NCBI GenBank assembly: GCA_947624135.1
Contig: CANQIV010000003.1
Location: forward strand, 1-44,422
Source of the DNA: an uncultured Bacilli bacterium
GTDB lineage: Bacteria > Bacillota_I > Bacilli_A > RF39 > UBA660
Direction: 5' to 3'
Length of the DNA stretch: 44,422 nucleotides
Part shown: positions 19,191 to 29,520 of the stretch, piece by piece
Layout of the letters: every line of letters starts with the position of its first letter
Position numbering within the stretch: position 1 is the stretch's first letter
The notes under the pieces: model-generated
Database searches by the model: none
What the model was told of the DNA's origin: nothing
What the model saw: the letters and a program-made list of their open reading frames with translations, nothing else
Program-made: the position numbers and the translations under genes

Positions 19191-20042
19191 ATGAAACAGA
19201 AAAATAAAAATAAAAAATATATAATTTTTCTTATAATAGTTCTTCTTTTAACACTGCTAGGTGTAACAGCGCATAATATAAACAAAGAAAAAGATTTAAA
19301 TTTTTTTGAAAAAGCACTTACAGATACTACTACATTTATAGAAAAAATTTTTAATACACCTATAGAATACATAAAGAAAAAAGTAAAAGAAACAAAAGAA
19401 ACTAAAAAAATGTATAAAGAATATGATAAATTAAAAAAGCAAGTAGAAAAAACAGAACTTTATTATAGTCAAATAAAAGAGCTTCAAAAAGAGGTAACAG
19501 ATTTAAAATCTACATTAGAACTTAATTCTACATTATCTGAATATACATATATAAATGCAACAGTTGTAAATAGAAATATAGGTTATTGGTATAATTCACT
19601 AAAGATAGATAAAGGTAGTAAAAATGGAGTAAAAAAAGGTGATGCTGTAATAAATCCAGATGGTTTAATAGGAAAAATAACAAATGTAAGCAACTTTTCA
19701 TCTTCAGTAAAATTACTTACTACAGATGAGTTAAGTAATAAAATATCAGTTAAAATAGAAATAGACGATAATGAATATTTGTATGGATTATTAATCGGAT
19801 ATGATAAAGAAAAAAAAGTATATAAAATAGAAGGAATTACAGATTCAAATTCAGTTGATTTAGATGATATTGTAACTACGACAGGACTTACAGATTATTT
19901 TCCAAGTGGAATCCTTATAGGAAAAGTATCTAAAGTGGTAAAAGATGAATATGATTTAAATAGTATAATAGAGGTTAAACCTACAGTTAATTTTGAAAAT
20001 ATAAGTATAGTAACTATTTTAAATAGAGAGGCTAGTGAATAA
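19191..20042 (+). CDS. mreC: Rod shape-determining protein MreC
   Basis: TM plus coiled coil, IDKGSKNGVKKG, GLIGKI, TTGL..FPSGILIG. Confidence 0.92.
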   Translation: MKQKNKNKKYIIFLIIVLLLTLLGVTAHNINKEKDLNFFEKALTDTTTFIEKIFNTPIEYIKKKVKETKETKKMYKEYDKLKKQVEKTELYYSQIKELQKEVTDLKSTLELNSTLSEYTYINATVVNRNIGYWYNSLKIDKGSKNGVKKGDAVINPDGLIGKITNVSNFSSSVKLLTTDELSNKISVKIEIDDNEYLYGLLIGYDKEKKVYKIEGITDSNSVDLDDIVTTTGLTDYFPSGILIGKVSKVVKDEYDLNSIIEVKPTVNFENISIVTILNREASE

Positions 20043-20524
20043 TGGTATATATTATTATAATATTTTCCATTTTATTTGAATCAGCAATTTCAAATGTAGT
20101 TAATTTATATTCATTATTTTTTCCACTTTTTTTGATAACTAGTTTGTCTATTCTTTATCCATACTTTAAAGGTAAAACACAAAAATTTATAATAACTTGT
20201 ACTATATGTGGTTTTATTTATGATTTAGTTTTTACTCATTCATTATTTGTAAATACGATAAGTTTTAGTTTGATTTCTTTATTTATAATGCTTTGTTACA
20301 ATTATATAAATTATAATATAGTAAGTTCGGGATTTATAAACATAATAACTATTACAATTTATCAAACTATTCATTATTTTTTGTTATGTATTTTAGATTA
20401 TTTAAAATTTAATGAAATTAATTTACTTAAATGCATACTATCATCTATTATTTTAAATTTAATATATGGAATTATAATTTATCTATTTATGAAATTAGTA
20501 TATAATAAAATAAAAAAAGATTAA
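20042..20524 (+). CDS. mreD: Rod shape-determining protein MreD
   Basis: Hydrophobic 160 aa, GFIYDLVF motif, overlaps the mreC stop. Confidence 0.8.
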   Translation: MVYIIIIFSILFESAISNVVNLYSLFFPLFLITSLSILYPYFKGKTQKFIITCTICGFIYDLVFTHSLFVNTISFSLISLFIMLCYNYINYNIVSSGFINIITITIYQTIHYFLLCILDYLKFNEINLLKCILSSIILNLIYGIIIYLFMKLVYNKIKKD

Positions 20525-20566
20525 AAACTTGCAGAAATTAAAAAACTGCATTTTTTATGTGCAGAA

Positions 20567-20588
20567 TTTACGTACAAATATTCGTAAA
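20567..20588. promoter_or_regulatory. Putative LexA (SOS) box upstream of recA
   Basis: CGTAC-AAAT-ATTCG (2 mismatches to Firmicute CGAAC-N4-GTTCG) within a TTTACG...CGTAAA inverted repeat, just upstream of the -35. Confidence 0.5.
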
Positions 20589-20593
20589 AAGTA

Positions 20594-20622
20594 TTGACAA
20601 ACTATTTTTTGTTTAGTATAAT
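20594..20622 (+). promoter_or_regulatory. recA promoter
   Basis: Perfect TTGACA-17bp-TATAAT. Confidence 0.85.
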
Positions 20623-20650
20623 ATATATGTAAATTGAAGGAGGAAATTAA

Positions 20651-21712
20651 ATGTTAAAGTCAACATCAACTGATAAAACATTGGATAAAGTCTTATCAGA
20701 TATAGAAAAACAATTTGGTAAAGGTGCAGTAATGAAACTTGGTGAAAGAGAACATCAAAAAATAGATACTATATCTAGTGGTTCTATTTCTCTTGATATT
20801 GCACTCGGTATAGGTGGATATCCTAAAGGAAGAATTATAGAAATATTTGGGCCAGAATCAAGTGGTAAAACTACTTTCGCGCTTCATGCTATAGCAGAGG
20901 CACAAAAAAATGGTGGTAGGGCAGCATTTATAGATGCAGAACACGCATTAGATCCTGTTTATGCATCTAAACTTGGTGTAAATATAAATGAATTGTTATT
21001 ATCACAACCTGATAATGGAGAGCAAGCACTTGAAATATGTGAAGCTCTTGTTAGAAGCGGTGCGATTAGTATAATTGTAATAGATTCAGTAGCCGCTTTA
21101 GTACCACAAGCTGAAATAGAAGGTGAAATGGGTGATTCACATGTAGGTCTTCAAGCTAGACTTATGTCTCAAGCTTTAAGAAAATTATCTGGAATTGTAA
21201 ATAAAACTAATACTGTAGTAATATTTATAAATCAATTACGTGAAAAAGTAGGTGTTATGTTTGGAAATCCAGAGGTAACACCGGGAGGTAGAGCGCTTAA
21301 ATTTTATTCATCTATACGTCTTGAGGTTAGAAAAGGTGAACAGATTAAGCAAGGTACTAGTTCAATAGGAAATAGAACAAATATTAAAGTTGTAAAAAAT
21401 AAAATGGCTCCACCTTTTAAGAGTTGTTCAGTAGATATTATATATGGAGAAGGAGTTTCACTTAATGGAGAAATAGTAGATTTAGGTGTAGAATCTAAAG
21501 TATTAGAAAAAAGTGGTGCTTGGTATTCATATAATGGTGAAAAAATTGGTCAAGGTAAAGAAAATGTTAAGGATTGGTTAAAGAAAAATCCAAAACAAAA
21601 AGAAGAAATCGAAAAGAAGGTAAGAAATTATTTTGATAATAATGATTCTCTTCAAATAGGAAATATTGAACAAGAAGATGATTCATTAGATTTCTTGGAT
21701 GAAAGTGAATAA
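20651..21712 (+). CDS. recA: Recombinase A
   Basis: [39 protein letters not shown]. Confidence 0.99.
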   Translation: MLKSTSTDKTLDKVLSDIEKQFGKGAVMKLGEREHQKIDTISSGSISLDIALGIGGYPKGRIIEIFGPESSGKTTFALHAIAEAQKNGGRAAFIDAEHALDPVYASKLGVNINELLLSQPDNGEQALEICEALVRSGAISIIVIDSVAALVPQAEIEGEMGDSHVGLQARLMSQALRKLSGIVNKTNTVVIFINQLREKVGVMFGNPEVTPGGRALKFYSSIRLEVRKGEQIKQGTSSIGNRTNIKVVKNKMAPPFKSCSVDIIYGEGVSLNGEIVDLGVESKVLEKSGAWYSYNGEKIGQGKENVKDWLKKNPKQKEEIEKKVRNYFDNNDSLQIGNIEQEDDSLDFLDESE

Positions 21713-21715
21713 TTT

Positions 21716-21738
21716 AAAACGACTATTTAGTCGTTTTT
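21716..21738 (+). terminator. recA terminator
   Basis: AAAACGACT-ATTT-AGTCGTTTT. Confidence 0.7.
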
Positions 21739-21838
21739 ATTGTATTAATTAAAAATTTCTGTTTTTTCTTGATTTATTTTTATCAATCAATTATAATTAA
21801 TATAGAGTGTGAAACACTTAAAGAAATGGAGGAATAGT

Positions 21839-23392
21839 ATGCCAAATATTATAATCTCCATTTTGCTAGTCCTAATTGGACTTATTGTTGGAATAGTCGT
21901 AATGTTTATAGTTAATCTTATTAGAAAAAATTCTGCAACAGATAATGCTGATAAGATTTTAGAAAATGCTCGAAATGAAGCAGAAAAGATAAAAAAAGAT
22001 TCTATTTTAGAAGCAAAAGAAGAAATAAATGAATTAAAAATAAAATCTGATGAAGAAATAAAAGAAAAAAAAGCAGAAATTAAGGAATCTGAAAATAGAC
22101 TCCTCAATCGTGAAGAAAGTATAGATAGAAGAGATCAAAATCTTCAAAAGAGAGAAAGTTCATTAGATGAAAAAGAGCAAGAATTACTAAATAAACAAAA
22201 AGATATTCAAGAACAAGAAGCAAATTTGGAGAAAATTAAAGAACAAGAAGAAAAAAAATTAGAAGAAATAAGTGGCTATACAAAAGATAAAGCAAAAGAA
22301 CTGGTTATGAAAAATGTTGAAGATGCTATGACTATTGAGATAGCTTCATACATCAAAGAAAAAGAAGCAGAAGCAAAATTAGAGGTAGATAAAAAATCTA
22401 AAACTATGCTTGTTGAAAGTATGCAAAAATATGCTAGTGATGTAGTAGAAGAGCAAACTGTTACTGTAGTAGATTTACCAAATGATGAAATGAAAGGTAG
22501 AATAATTGGTAGAGAAGGTAGAAATATAAGAACAATAGAGTCAGTAACTGGAGTAGACTTGATAATTGATGATACACCTGAAGCAATAGTTTTATCTTCT
22601 TTTGACCCTTTAAGAAGGGAAATTGCTCGTATTACTATAGAAACATTAATTAAAGATGGAAGAATTCATCCATCAAGAATAGAAGAAATATACGATAAAA
22701 CTTGTAAAGAGATGAAAGAAAAAATAATGGAATATGGTCAAAATGCATTATTTGAACTAGGAATTACAAAAGTAGAACCAGAATTAATAGAATTAATTGG
22801 TAAGTTAAATTTTAGAACTAGTTATGGTCAAAATGCACTTAGACATTCCATTGAAGTAGCTCAATTAACAGGAATAATGGCTGGTGAGATAGGTGAAAAT
22901 GTACCGCTTGCTAAAAGAGCTGGATTACTTCATGATATTGGTAAAGCTATAGATCATGAGGTAGAAGGAAGCCATGTAGAAATAGGTTCTAATATAGCTA
23001 AAAAATATAAAGAAAATGATGTAGTAATAAATGCAATAGAATCTCATCATGGAGATGTAGAAGCAAACAATATAATTTCATCACTTGTCGCAATTGCTGA
23101 TACCCTTTCAGCATCCCGTCCAGGAGCAAGAAATGATTCACTTGAAAATTATATTCAAAGACTTCAAGCACTCGAGTCTATTGCGAACGATCAAAAAGGT
23201 GTAGATACAGCATTCGCAGTTCAAGCAGGTAGAGAAATTAGAGTAATAGTAAAACCAGAAGAAATAAGCGATATTGAAAGTCATAAAGTTGCTCGTGATA
23301 TTAAAAATCGTATAGAAGAAGAGTTACAATATCCGGGAACAATAAAAGTTACAGTAGTTAGAGAAACTAGAGCAATAGAAGAAGCAAAATAA
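21839..23392 (+). CDS. rny: Ribonuclease Y
   Basis: N-terminal TM, coiled coil, KH ([13 protein letters not shown]), HD (LLHDIGK); GGAGGA RBS before ATG 21839; follows recA. Confidence 0.97.
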   Translation: MPNIIISILLVLIGLIVGIVVMFIVNLIRKNSATDNADKILENARNEAEKIKKDSILEAKEEINELKIKSDEEIKEKKAEIKESENRLLNREESIDRRDQNLQKRESSLDEKEQELLNKQKDIQEQEANLEKIKEQEEKKLEEISGYTKDKAKELVMKNVEDAMTIEIASYIKEKEAEAKLEVDKKSKTMLVESMQKYASDVVEEQTVTVVDLPNDEMKGRIIGREGRNIRTIESVTGVDLIIDDTPEAIVLSSFDPLRREIARITIETLIKDGRIHPSRIEEIYDKTCKEMKEKIMEYGQNALFELGITKVEPELIELIGKLNFRTSYGQNALRHSIEVAQLTGIMAGEIGENVPLAKRAGLLHDIGKAIDHEVEGSHVEIGSNIAKKYKENDVVINAIESHHGDVEANNIISSLVAIADTLSASRPGARNDSLENYIQRLQALESIANDQKGVDTAFAVQAGREIRVIVKPEEISDIESHKVARDIKNRIEEELQYPGTIKVTVVRETRAIEEAK

Positions 23393-23418
23393 CTTCTTCT
23401 TTAATTTTAAAAAAATAC

Positions 23419-23515
23419 TTGTAAATATGTTTAAAATGTGGTAGAATTAATAACGTGATCCGCTGATTATGTTTAATATTTGTAAATTATGATCATAAAT
23501 TAAATAAAGGAGAGT
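23419..23515 (+). promoter_or_regulatory. rplS promoter and possible L19 leader
   Basis: TTGTAA-17-TAGAAT, then a leader containing TCCGCTG, reminiscent of Firmicute L19 leaders. Confidence 0.45.
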
Positions 23516-23521
23516 GACATT

Positions 23522-23875
23522 GTGAATTTAGTTGATAAAATTACTAAAAAACAAATTAGAACTGATTTACCAGAATTTAGATCTGGTGATACGGTAAAAG
23601 TTGATATCAAAATTGATGAAATTGATTCAACTGGAAAAAAGAAAACTAGAATTCAATCATTTGAAGGAATAGTAATGGCTATTAAAGGTTCTGGTGTAAG
23701 TAAAACTTTCACAGTTAGAAAAGTTTCAGGTAATATTGGTACAGAAAAAACATTACCAGTTAATTCACCTAGAATTGATACTATAACTGTTGTTAGAAAA
23801 GGTAAAGTTAGAAAAGCTAAACCAACTTGGATTAGAAAATCTTCTAAAACACCAAAGATTAAAGAAAGAGTATAA
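23522..23875 (+). CDS. rplS: 50S ribosomal protein L19
   Basis: LPEFRSGDTVKV, RIQSFEG, FTVRKVS, GKVRKAK; GTG start. Confidence 0.97.
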   Translation: MNLVDKITKKQIRTDLPEFRSGDTVKVDIKIDEIDSTGKKKTRIQSFEGIVMAIKGSGVSKTFTVRKVSGNIGTEKTLPVNSPRIDTITVVRKGKVRKAKPTWIRKSSKTPKIKERV

Positions 23876-23893
23876 GGCTTTAGCCTTATTTTT
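23872..23893 (+). terminator. rplS terminator
   Basis: ATAAGGC-TTTA-GCCTTAT plus T-run. Confidence 0.6.
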
Positions 23894-23908
23894 GTTAGGT
23901 AAGCATAT

Positions 23909-24397
23909 ATGAAAAAAATACTTAAAGAAATTTATCCATATATATTAATAGTTATAATAGTAGTATTATTTAGAACTTTTATCGCAACTCCAGTACGTGT
24001 AGATGGTGATTCAATGCTCGATACATTATATAACGGTGATATATTAATATTAAATAAATTAAATAAAAATTTTAAAAGATTTGATATAGTAGTTATAAAA
24101 GTTAACAACACAAAAATAATTAAAAGAATAATTGGTTTACCGGGTGAAACTATAGAATATAAAAATAATCAACTATATATAAATGGTGAAGAAATAGATG
24201 ATATAGATACATCAATTACAAATGATTTTACACTTAAAAATAAAATACCTGATGATAACTATTTTGTAATGGGAGATAATAGAGGAAATTCAATGGATAG
24301 TAGATTTAGTGAAGTAGGTTTAATAAAAAAAGAAAATATAATTGGAACGGCTAAAATAAGGATTTTTCCATTTAATAGAATAGGTAAAATTAAATAG
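23909..24397 (+). CDS. lepB: Signal peptidase I
   Basis: VDGDSM (Ser), IKRIIGLPG (Lys), GDNRGNSMDSR. Confidence 0.95.
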   Translation: MKKILKEIYPYILIVIIVVLFRTFIATPVRVDGDSMLDTLYNGDILILNKLNKNFKRFDIVVIKVNNTKIIKRIIGLPGETIEYKNNQLYINGEEIDDIDTSITNDFTLKNKIPDDNYFVMGDNRGNSMDSRFSEVGLIKKENIIGTAKIRIFPFNRIGKIK

Positions 24398-24407
24398 TAG
24401 GTGATAT

Positions 24408-25907
24408 ATGAATGGTAATAGAGGAGCTAAAGGTTCTATAAAAGATAGACTTATAAGTTTACTTTATAGATTAAGATATAAAAAAAATAAAAAACTAGAA
24501 GATTATACTATTCCAAATAAAGAAAAACAATTAAACTATATAAATAATTTAAACGAATTTAAAGAAACAGAAAATGTAAATATTTTAGATAATAAAGATA
24601 AAAATATATTAGATAGTGTAAAAATAAATGTAAAAATAAATGTAAATAATGTACAAAAAAAAATAATACCAAAACAAATTATACTAATCAAACCAAGTAT
24701 TAAATCTAATAATAAACCTAATAATATGGTTCGTATAAAAAATACTACTAAAAAAGTAGGTTATGTAGAAAACAAAATAGAAAAACATCCATTAAAAGAT
24801 ACAAATTTAAAGATAGAAGAACCAACTTTATTAAATAAATCAGTAAATATAAAAAAAGAAGCTAGAAAAACTAAAGATGAAATATCAATTATAAAAGAAA
24901 TTAATACATTTATAAAGAAAAGTATTGAAAATTTAGATCAAATAAATACTGAAGTAAATGAAATAAAATTAGAACTAAAAGAACCAAAAGAAACTAAAAA
25001 AATAGAAGAGAGATATAATAAATTAAAAGAAAAAATAGAAAAATTAAAAGAACAATATGACACTATAAAAGATAAATACGACCTAAGTGAATTTGCTATT
25101 TTAGGTGGTATTAAACTTATCGATAATATTGATGATTATAGTTCTATAGCTAATTTAAATGAAATAGAACTAATGGTAAGAGTATGTAAAAAAGAAATAG
25201 AAAAAATAGAGAGTATAACTATTATAAATGATAAAAGTAAAAAGTTATCAACTGATATTAAAGATAAAGAACAACAAGAAAGCAACATAAAAATAAAATT
25301 TAATAAACATAAAGAAAAAGTAAAAAATGTAAATGATATAGAAGATAAAATTTCTAAAGAATTAAGTGATCAAGAACAAATAGTTAATGATATGTATAAA
25401 GAAGCTACTTATTTTGAAGAGAAAATAAGTAAAGAAATAGAGTATGTAGGACATAGAAAAATGCTTTCTTCAATGTTAAATATAATAAGTGGAATACTTA
25501 CTTTACCACTATCAGGTATGCATTTGTTTGGAATCGCTCTTGGTTCAACTATGATAAACAAAGGATTAAAAGAATTGAATAAAAAACTTGAAACTAGAGA
25601 AAAAATAGTAATTAGTTATGATTATAAAGACATATCAGAGAAAATATCTAAAGTAAAAGATAAAATAGAGTATACTAATTTAATTTTAACAGATTCATTA
25701 AATGAAATAAAAAAATTAAAAAATAATTTTAATAATATATTTAAAGATTATGAATATATATTACCAGATTATTATGATACATTAAATAAAATAGAATCTT
25801 TAGAAAGTAATTTAATAAATCAACAATATAAATTAAACAAAATAGATAAAAAATTAGAAGAAGAAAAAGAATTAAATAATAGCAAATTAATGAAAATAAA
25901 AAACTAA
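24408..25907 (+). CDS. Hypothetical coiled-coil protein with a hydrophobic hairpin
   Basis: 499-aa K/E/N-rich ORF with segment IISGILTLPLSGMHLFGIALG. Confidence 0.75.
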   Translation: MNGNRGAKGSIKDRLISLLYRLRYKKNKKLEDYTIPNKEKQLNYINNLNEFKETENVNILDNKDKNILDSVKINVKINVNNVQKKIIPKQIILIKPSIKSNNKPNNMVRIKNTTKKVGYVENKIEKHPLKDTNLKIEEPTLLNKSVNIKKEARKTKDEISIIKEINTFIKKSIENLDQINTEVNEIKLELKEPKETKKIEERYNKLKEKIEKLKEQYDTIKDKYDLSEFAILGGIKLIDNIDDYSSIANLNEIELMVRVCKKEIEKIESITIINDKSKKLSTDIKDKEQQESNIKIKFNKHKEKVKNVNDIEDKISKELSDQEQIVNDMYKEATYFEEKISKEIEYVGHRKMLSSMLNIISGILTLPLSGMHLFGIALGSTMINKGLKELNKKLETREKIVISYDYKDISEKISKVKDKIEYTNLILTDSLNEIKKLKNNFNNIFKDYEYILPDYYDTLNKIESLESNLINQQYKLNKIDKKLEEEKELNNSKLMKIKN

Positions 25908-25927
25908 ACTAAGGAGGAGTTAAATTT

Positions 25928-26302
25928 ATGGGGTATTATGGTTATAAATCAGAAAAAGCTTATAAAAGCATTAAAAATTATTATATGTATTTATATGATA
26001 ATTACGAAATAAAGTCAATAAAAGAGATTGCTGAATATTTAGATATGGCTGCAAAGACAGTAAGAGAATTTATCGATGATGTTTATAATGGTATGAATTT
26101 GGAAGGTGGATTTTCAAAATTTGACATTGTAATATTAACAACTACTGAATTTGGAGCAAATAGTAAATATTTAGAAGATCAAAAACGACTAAGTAAATTA
26201 ATAATAAGAAGATGTGCAATAAAATTACTTATGGACCAAAAAAAGAAATTAGAAAAACAAGAAGAAAAGCAAGAAGAAAAACAACAAACAATTAAAAAGT
26301 AA
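25928..26302 (+). CDS. Hypothetical protein (possible HTH)
   Basis: AAGGAGG RBS; SIKEIAEYLDMAAKTVREFI resembles a helix-turn-helix. Confidence 0.65.
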   Translation: MGYYGYKSEKAYKSIKNYYMYLYDNYEIKSIKEIAEYLDMAAKTVREFIDDVYNGMNLEGGFSKFDIVILTTTEFGANSKYLEDQKRLSKLIIRRCAIKLLMDQKKKLEKQEEKQEEKQQTIKK

Positions 26303-26369
26303 TATAAAATATTTATATTTAAAAATTGAAAAATACTATATGGAATGATATAATAAACTTGGTGGTAGA

Positions 26370-27665
26370 ATGAAAGCAATAAAAGAATTAAATATAAGTC
26401 TTAATGATTTTAATAAAATTAAAAAAAGTAAAAAAATTATTTATGTAACAAATAATGAAAATTTAAATGATTTAAAAAAAAGAGATAAAATAAAAATTAT
26501 AAATCAAGAAACTAAAAAGAGTAAAAAAGTAAAAATTTATAATTTGTACTATGGAAAAAATATTGAAGAAATAGAAAAAAATATAAAAGATAATACCGAA
26601 TATTTATATCAAAAAGAAATTTCAAAAGATGATAAAAATGAACTTATTGGAATTGAATTTAAAAAGAAAAAGAAAATTATAAGAAAAATTTTACTTTCAA
26701 TATTTATTGTTATTTTATTATTTATTATAGTATTCTTTATTCGTTCTATTATAAGAAACATTCAAAGTAAAAAAATCAAAGAATTAATAGAAAATGTAAA
26801 ACAAGAAGAAACTTATTATGTCTTTGTTGAAATTAATCCTTCTATAGCTTTAGAAGTAAATCAGGATGTAATTATTTCAACATCTTGTTTAAATGAAGAT
26901 TGCAGTAATATTTTTAAAGACATTGAAATAAAAAATAAACAATTAAATGAAGCAATCGATGTATTATATAATACTGCTAAAACAGCTGGAATAGATGTTT
27001 CACTTGTAAACGTATCTTCAATAAATAATAAAGTAGAATCTATAATTAAAGAAAAAGATTATATAGAATTTCATAGTATTGATTCCTTTAAACAAGCTGA
27101 ATATTTGGATAATGTAGTTGATACTAATTTAGGAAAAAATAAAGAAGATTATAACTTAAAATTATTAGATGTATATAAAAAAGATAGTGATTATAACAAA
27201 TTATATACTTGTAATATCGTTAATAATGAAATAGAGTGCTATATAACAGATGAATTTTGGAATAATTTATCTAAAGAATTAACTCCAGGTAATATTTATA
27301 CAGTAATAGAATATCAACAACAATTAATGAGATTATTAGATAAATTTAACGTTAAATATGAAAAAACGGGTGTTGAAGGTACAGATTTATTAGATGTTGC
27401 TGTACGTGGAATATATATAGGTAATAATTATCATTATATCACTCAAAGTAGTGGTTATAACTGTGTGTCTTATCGTAAAATACATTTAGACCTTTATAAT
27501 TCAGATGATACGTTAAATTTAAAAATGATTTTACTTCCTTTAAATAAATTAGATTTAGCTCATTTAACATATAAACAAGAAGATGTAATCTTGCTTGATG
27601 ATAATGTAACAGGACCGGATATAACACGAATTGAAGGTTGTTCGACAAGTTTAGAAATTAATTAG
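26370..27665 (+). CDS. Membrane protein: degenerate ASCH-like N-terminus, TM, RsgI-like extracellular domain
   Basis: FNKIKKSKKII...DKIKIINQET...LIGIEF; single TM; YVFVEINPSIALEVN...LNED. Confidence 0.6.
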   Translation: MKAIKELNISLNDFNKIKKSKKIIYVTNNENLNDLKKRDKIKIINQETKKSKKVKIYNLYYGKNIEEIEKNIKDNTEYLYQKEISKDDKNELIGIEFKKKKKIIRKILLSIFIVILLFIIVFFIRSIIRNIQSKKIKELIENVKQEETYYVFVEINPSIALEVNQDVIISTSCLNEDCSNIFKDIEIKNKQLNEAIDVLYNTAKTAGIDVSLVNVSSINNKVESIIKEKDYIEFHSIDSFKQAEYLDNVVDTNLGKNKEDYNLKLLDVYKKDSDYNKLYTCNIVNNEIECYITDEFWNNLSKELTPGNIYTVIEYQQQLMRLLDKFNVKYEKTGVEGTDLLDVAVRGIYIGNNYHYITQSSGYNCVSYRKIHLDLYNSDDTLNLKMILLPLNKLDLAHLTYKQEDVILLDDNVTGPDITRIEGCSTSLEIN

Positions 27666-27678
27666 TAAAAAGTTAATT

Positions 27679-27718
27679 AATGACAAATATGTAAAAAAAT
27701 ACTTATTTGTCATTTTTT
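27679..27718 (+). terminator. Intrinsic terminator
   Basis: AATGACAAATA...TATTTGTCATT plus T-run. Confidence 0.6.
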
Positions 27719-27766
27719 ATGAAAATTTAATTTTTATATGGTATACTATTTACGGAGGATGATATT

Positions 27767-28741
27767 ATGTGTACTGCAATAACATACAAAACTAAAAATA
27801 GTTATTTTGGAAGAAATTTAGATTTAGAATATTCTTATAAAGAAACTGTTACAATAACACCTAGAAATTATAAATTTAATTTTAGAAAAGTAGGTGATAT
27901 AGATAATCATTATGCTATAATTGGTATGGCTTATGTAGAAAATAATTATCCACTTTATTATGATGCAATAAATGAAAAAGGGTTAGGTATGGCAGGACTA
28001 AATTTTCCTGACAATGCAGATTATAAAAATGAACAAGTTGATAAAGATAATATCGCACCATTTGAATTTATTCCATGGGTTTTATCTCAGTGTTCAAACA
28101 TTAATGAAGCAAAAGAATTATTAAATAAAATAAATATAGTTAAAATTAATTTTAGTGAACAATTAACTGCATCTCCATTACATTGGATAATTGCTGATAA
28201 AGAAAGTTCTATTACAGTTGAGTGTGTAAAAGAAGGATTAAAAATATATGATAATCCTGTGGGGGTTTTAACAAATAATCCAACTTTTGATATTCATATG
28301 TTTAATTTAAATAATTATATGAATTTATCAATCGAACCACCAATAAATAATTTTTCTAAAAAATTAAATCTTAATACTTATAGTCGAGGTATGGGTGCTT
28401 TAGGATTACCCGGAGATTTATCATCTGCTTCAAGATTTGTTAAAGCAACATTTACAAAAATGAATTCTTTATCTGGTGATTCTGAATCAGAAAGTATTAG
28501 CCAATTTTTTCATATTTTAACTTCAGTAGAACAGCAAAGAGGATGCGTTCATATGGGAGAAAACAAATATGAAATAACTATTTATAGTTCTTGCTGTAAT
28601 ATGGATAAAGGTATATATTATTATACAACATATGAAAATAATCAAATTACTGGTGTTAATATGAATAATGAAAATTTAGAAGGTACTGAGTTAATTAGTT
28701 ATGATTTAATAAAGGGTCAACAAATATTAATTCAAAATTAA
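27767..28741 (+). CDS. bsh: Choloylglycine hydrolase (bile salt hydrolase family, Ntn hydrolase)
   Basis: M-C2 nucleophile, FGRNLD, NEKGLGMAGLNF, LTNNP, LPGD.SS.SRF. Confidence 0.9.
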   Translation: MCTAITYKTKNSYFGRNLDLEYSYKETVTITPRNYKFNFRKVGDIDNHYAIIGMAYVENNYPLYYDAINEKGLGMAGLNFPDNADYKNEQVDKDNIAPFEFIPWVLSQCSNINEAKELLNKINIVKINFSEQLTASPLHWIIADKESSITVECVKEGLKIYDNPVGVLTNNPTFDIHMFNLNNYMNLSIEPPINNFSKKLNLNTYSRGMGALGLPGDLSSASRFVKATFTKMNSLSGDSESESISQFFHILTSVEQQRGCVHMGENKYEITIYSSCCNMDKGIYYYTTYENNQITGVNMNNENLEGTELISYDLIKGQQILIQN

Positions 28742-29125
28742 AATAAAGGGTTAATGCTCTTTTTTTGTTATACTTATATAAGTAATGTAAAATTCGATTA
28801 AATGAAGAATTATATTATTAAACCTTATGAAGATATACAATTATATGATATAATAGTATATGGTTATTATTAAATCAATGAGTTTAATAGGGTAAAGCAA
28901 TGATTAGTTTGATAAATGTTTTAAATATGTATTTGAATAAATTATAAGTTATAGTAACAAATATGTAAATTTTATACATTTTTAAATATATATAAAAATA
29001 AAATACAAAAATGTATAATATAACAATTGAAATAAAATGTAGTGCTTTATGAATTTTAAATATATAGATAAATGTAAAACCACTTGCAAACTTCTATAAA
29101 ATAAGGAAATTTAAAAAAATTTTAC

Positions 29126-29459
29126 ATATTTAATAAAAAAATTTGAAAGATTAAAAGAGTTAGAAAAATAAAATAGAGAATGTGATGTAAAAAGAATACT
29201 TGCAAAGAATAATTATTTAATTCATACGGGTGCTAAAACATGAAGAGAATTTAATCATCTATCAGCAAAAAGTTCAAATGTAAGAGATTATGCAATAATT
29301 AATGAATTAACTGTTTTATCTAATTTAGAATCACATAATGCTGAGTTAATTAAAGAAGGAAAAGCAAAAGAAGAAAGATTTGAAATATTAAGTTATCAAT
29401 TGGATATTCTAAATAATGCAGAAAAAATTAAATTATTAAATGAAAAAGGTAGTGATTGA
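29126..29459 (+). pseudogene. Decayed 3' half of the KilA-N protein gene (copy of 33433-33886)
   Basis: Collinear similarity with premature stops, a 108-bp deletion between TGCTA microhomologies and a 12-bp deletion. Confidence 0.85.
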
Positions 29460-29460
29460 A

Positions 29461-29520
29461 ATGTCAAATGAAGAAAAAAGTTTCCAAAAAACAAATATCA
29501 ACTGGTTGATTACGATTTAA
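29461..29520 (+). pseudogene. Orphaned rbgA 5' end (MSNEEKSFQKTNINW|LITI*)
   Basis: Near-identical to rbgA 33888-33932, then diverges right after ATCAACTGGT. Confidence 0.85.
29497..29510. other. Putative serine-recombinase att junction 1
   Basis: ATCAAC-TG-GTTGAT: perfect 6-bp inverted repeat around a central TG (29503-29504). Confidence 0.75.

Noticed and set aside
28770-29075. Gene remnant or left boundary of the array between bsh and the KilA-N fossil
   Set aside because: No ORF, att dyad or rbgA-like start could be recognised; the left end of the oldest unit remains undefined.
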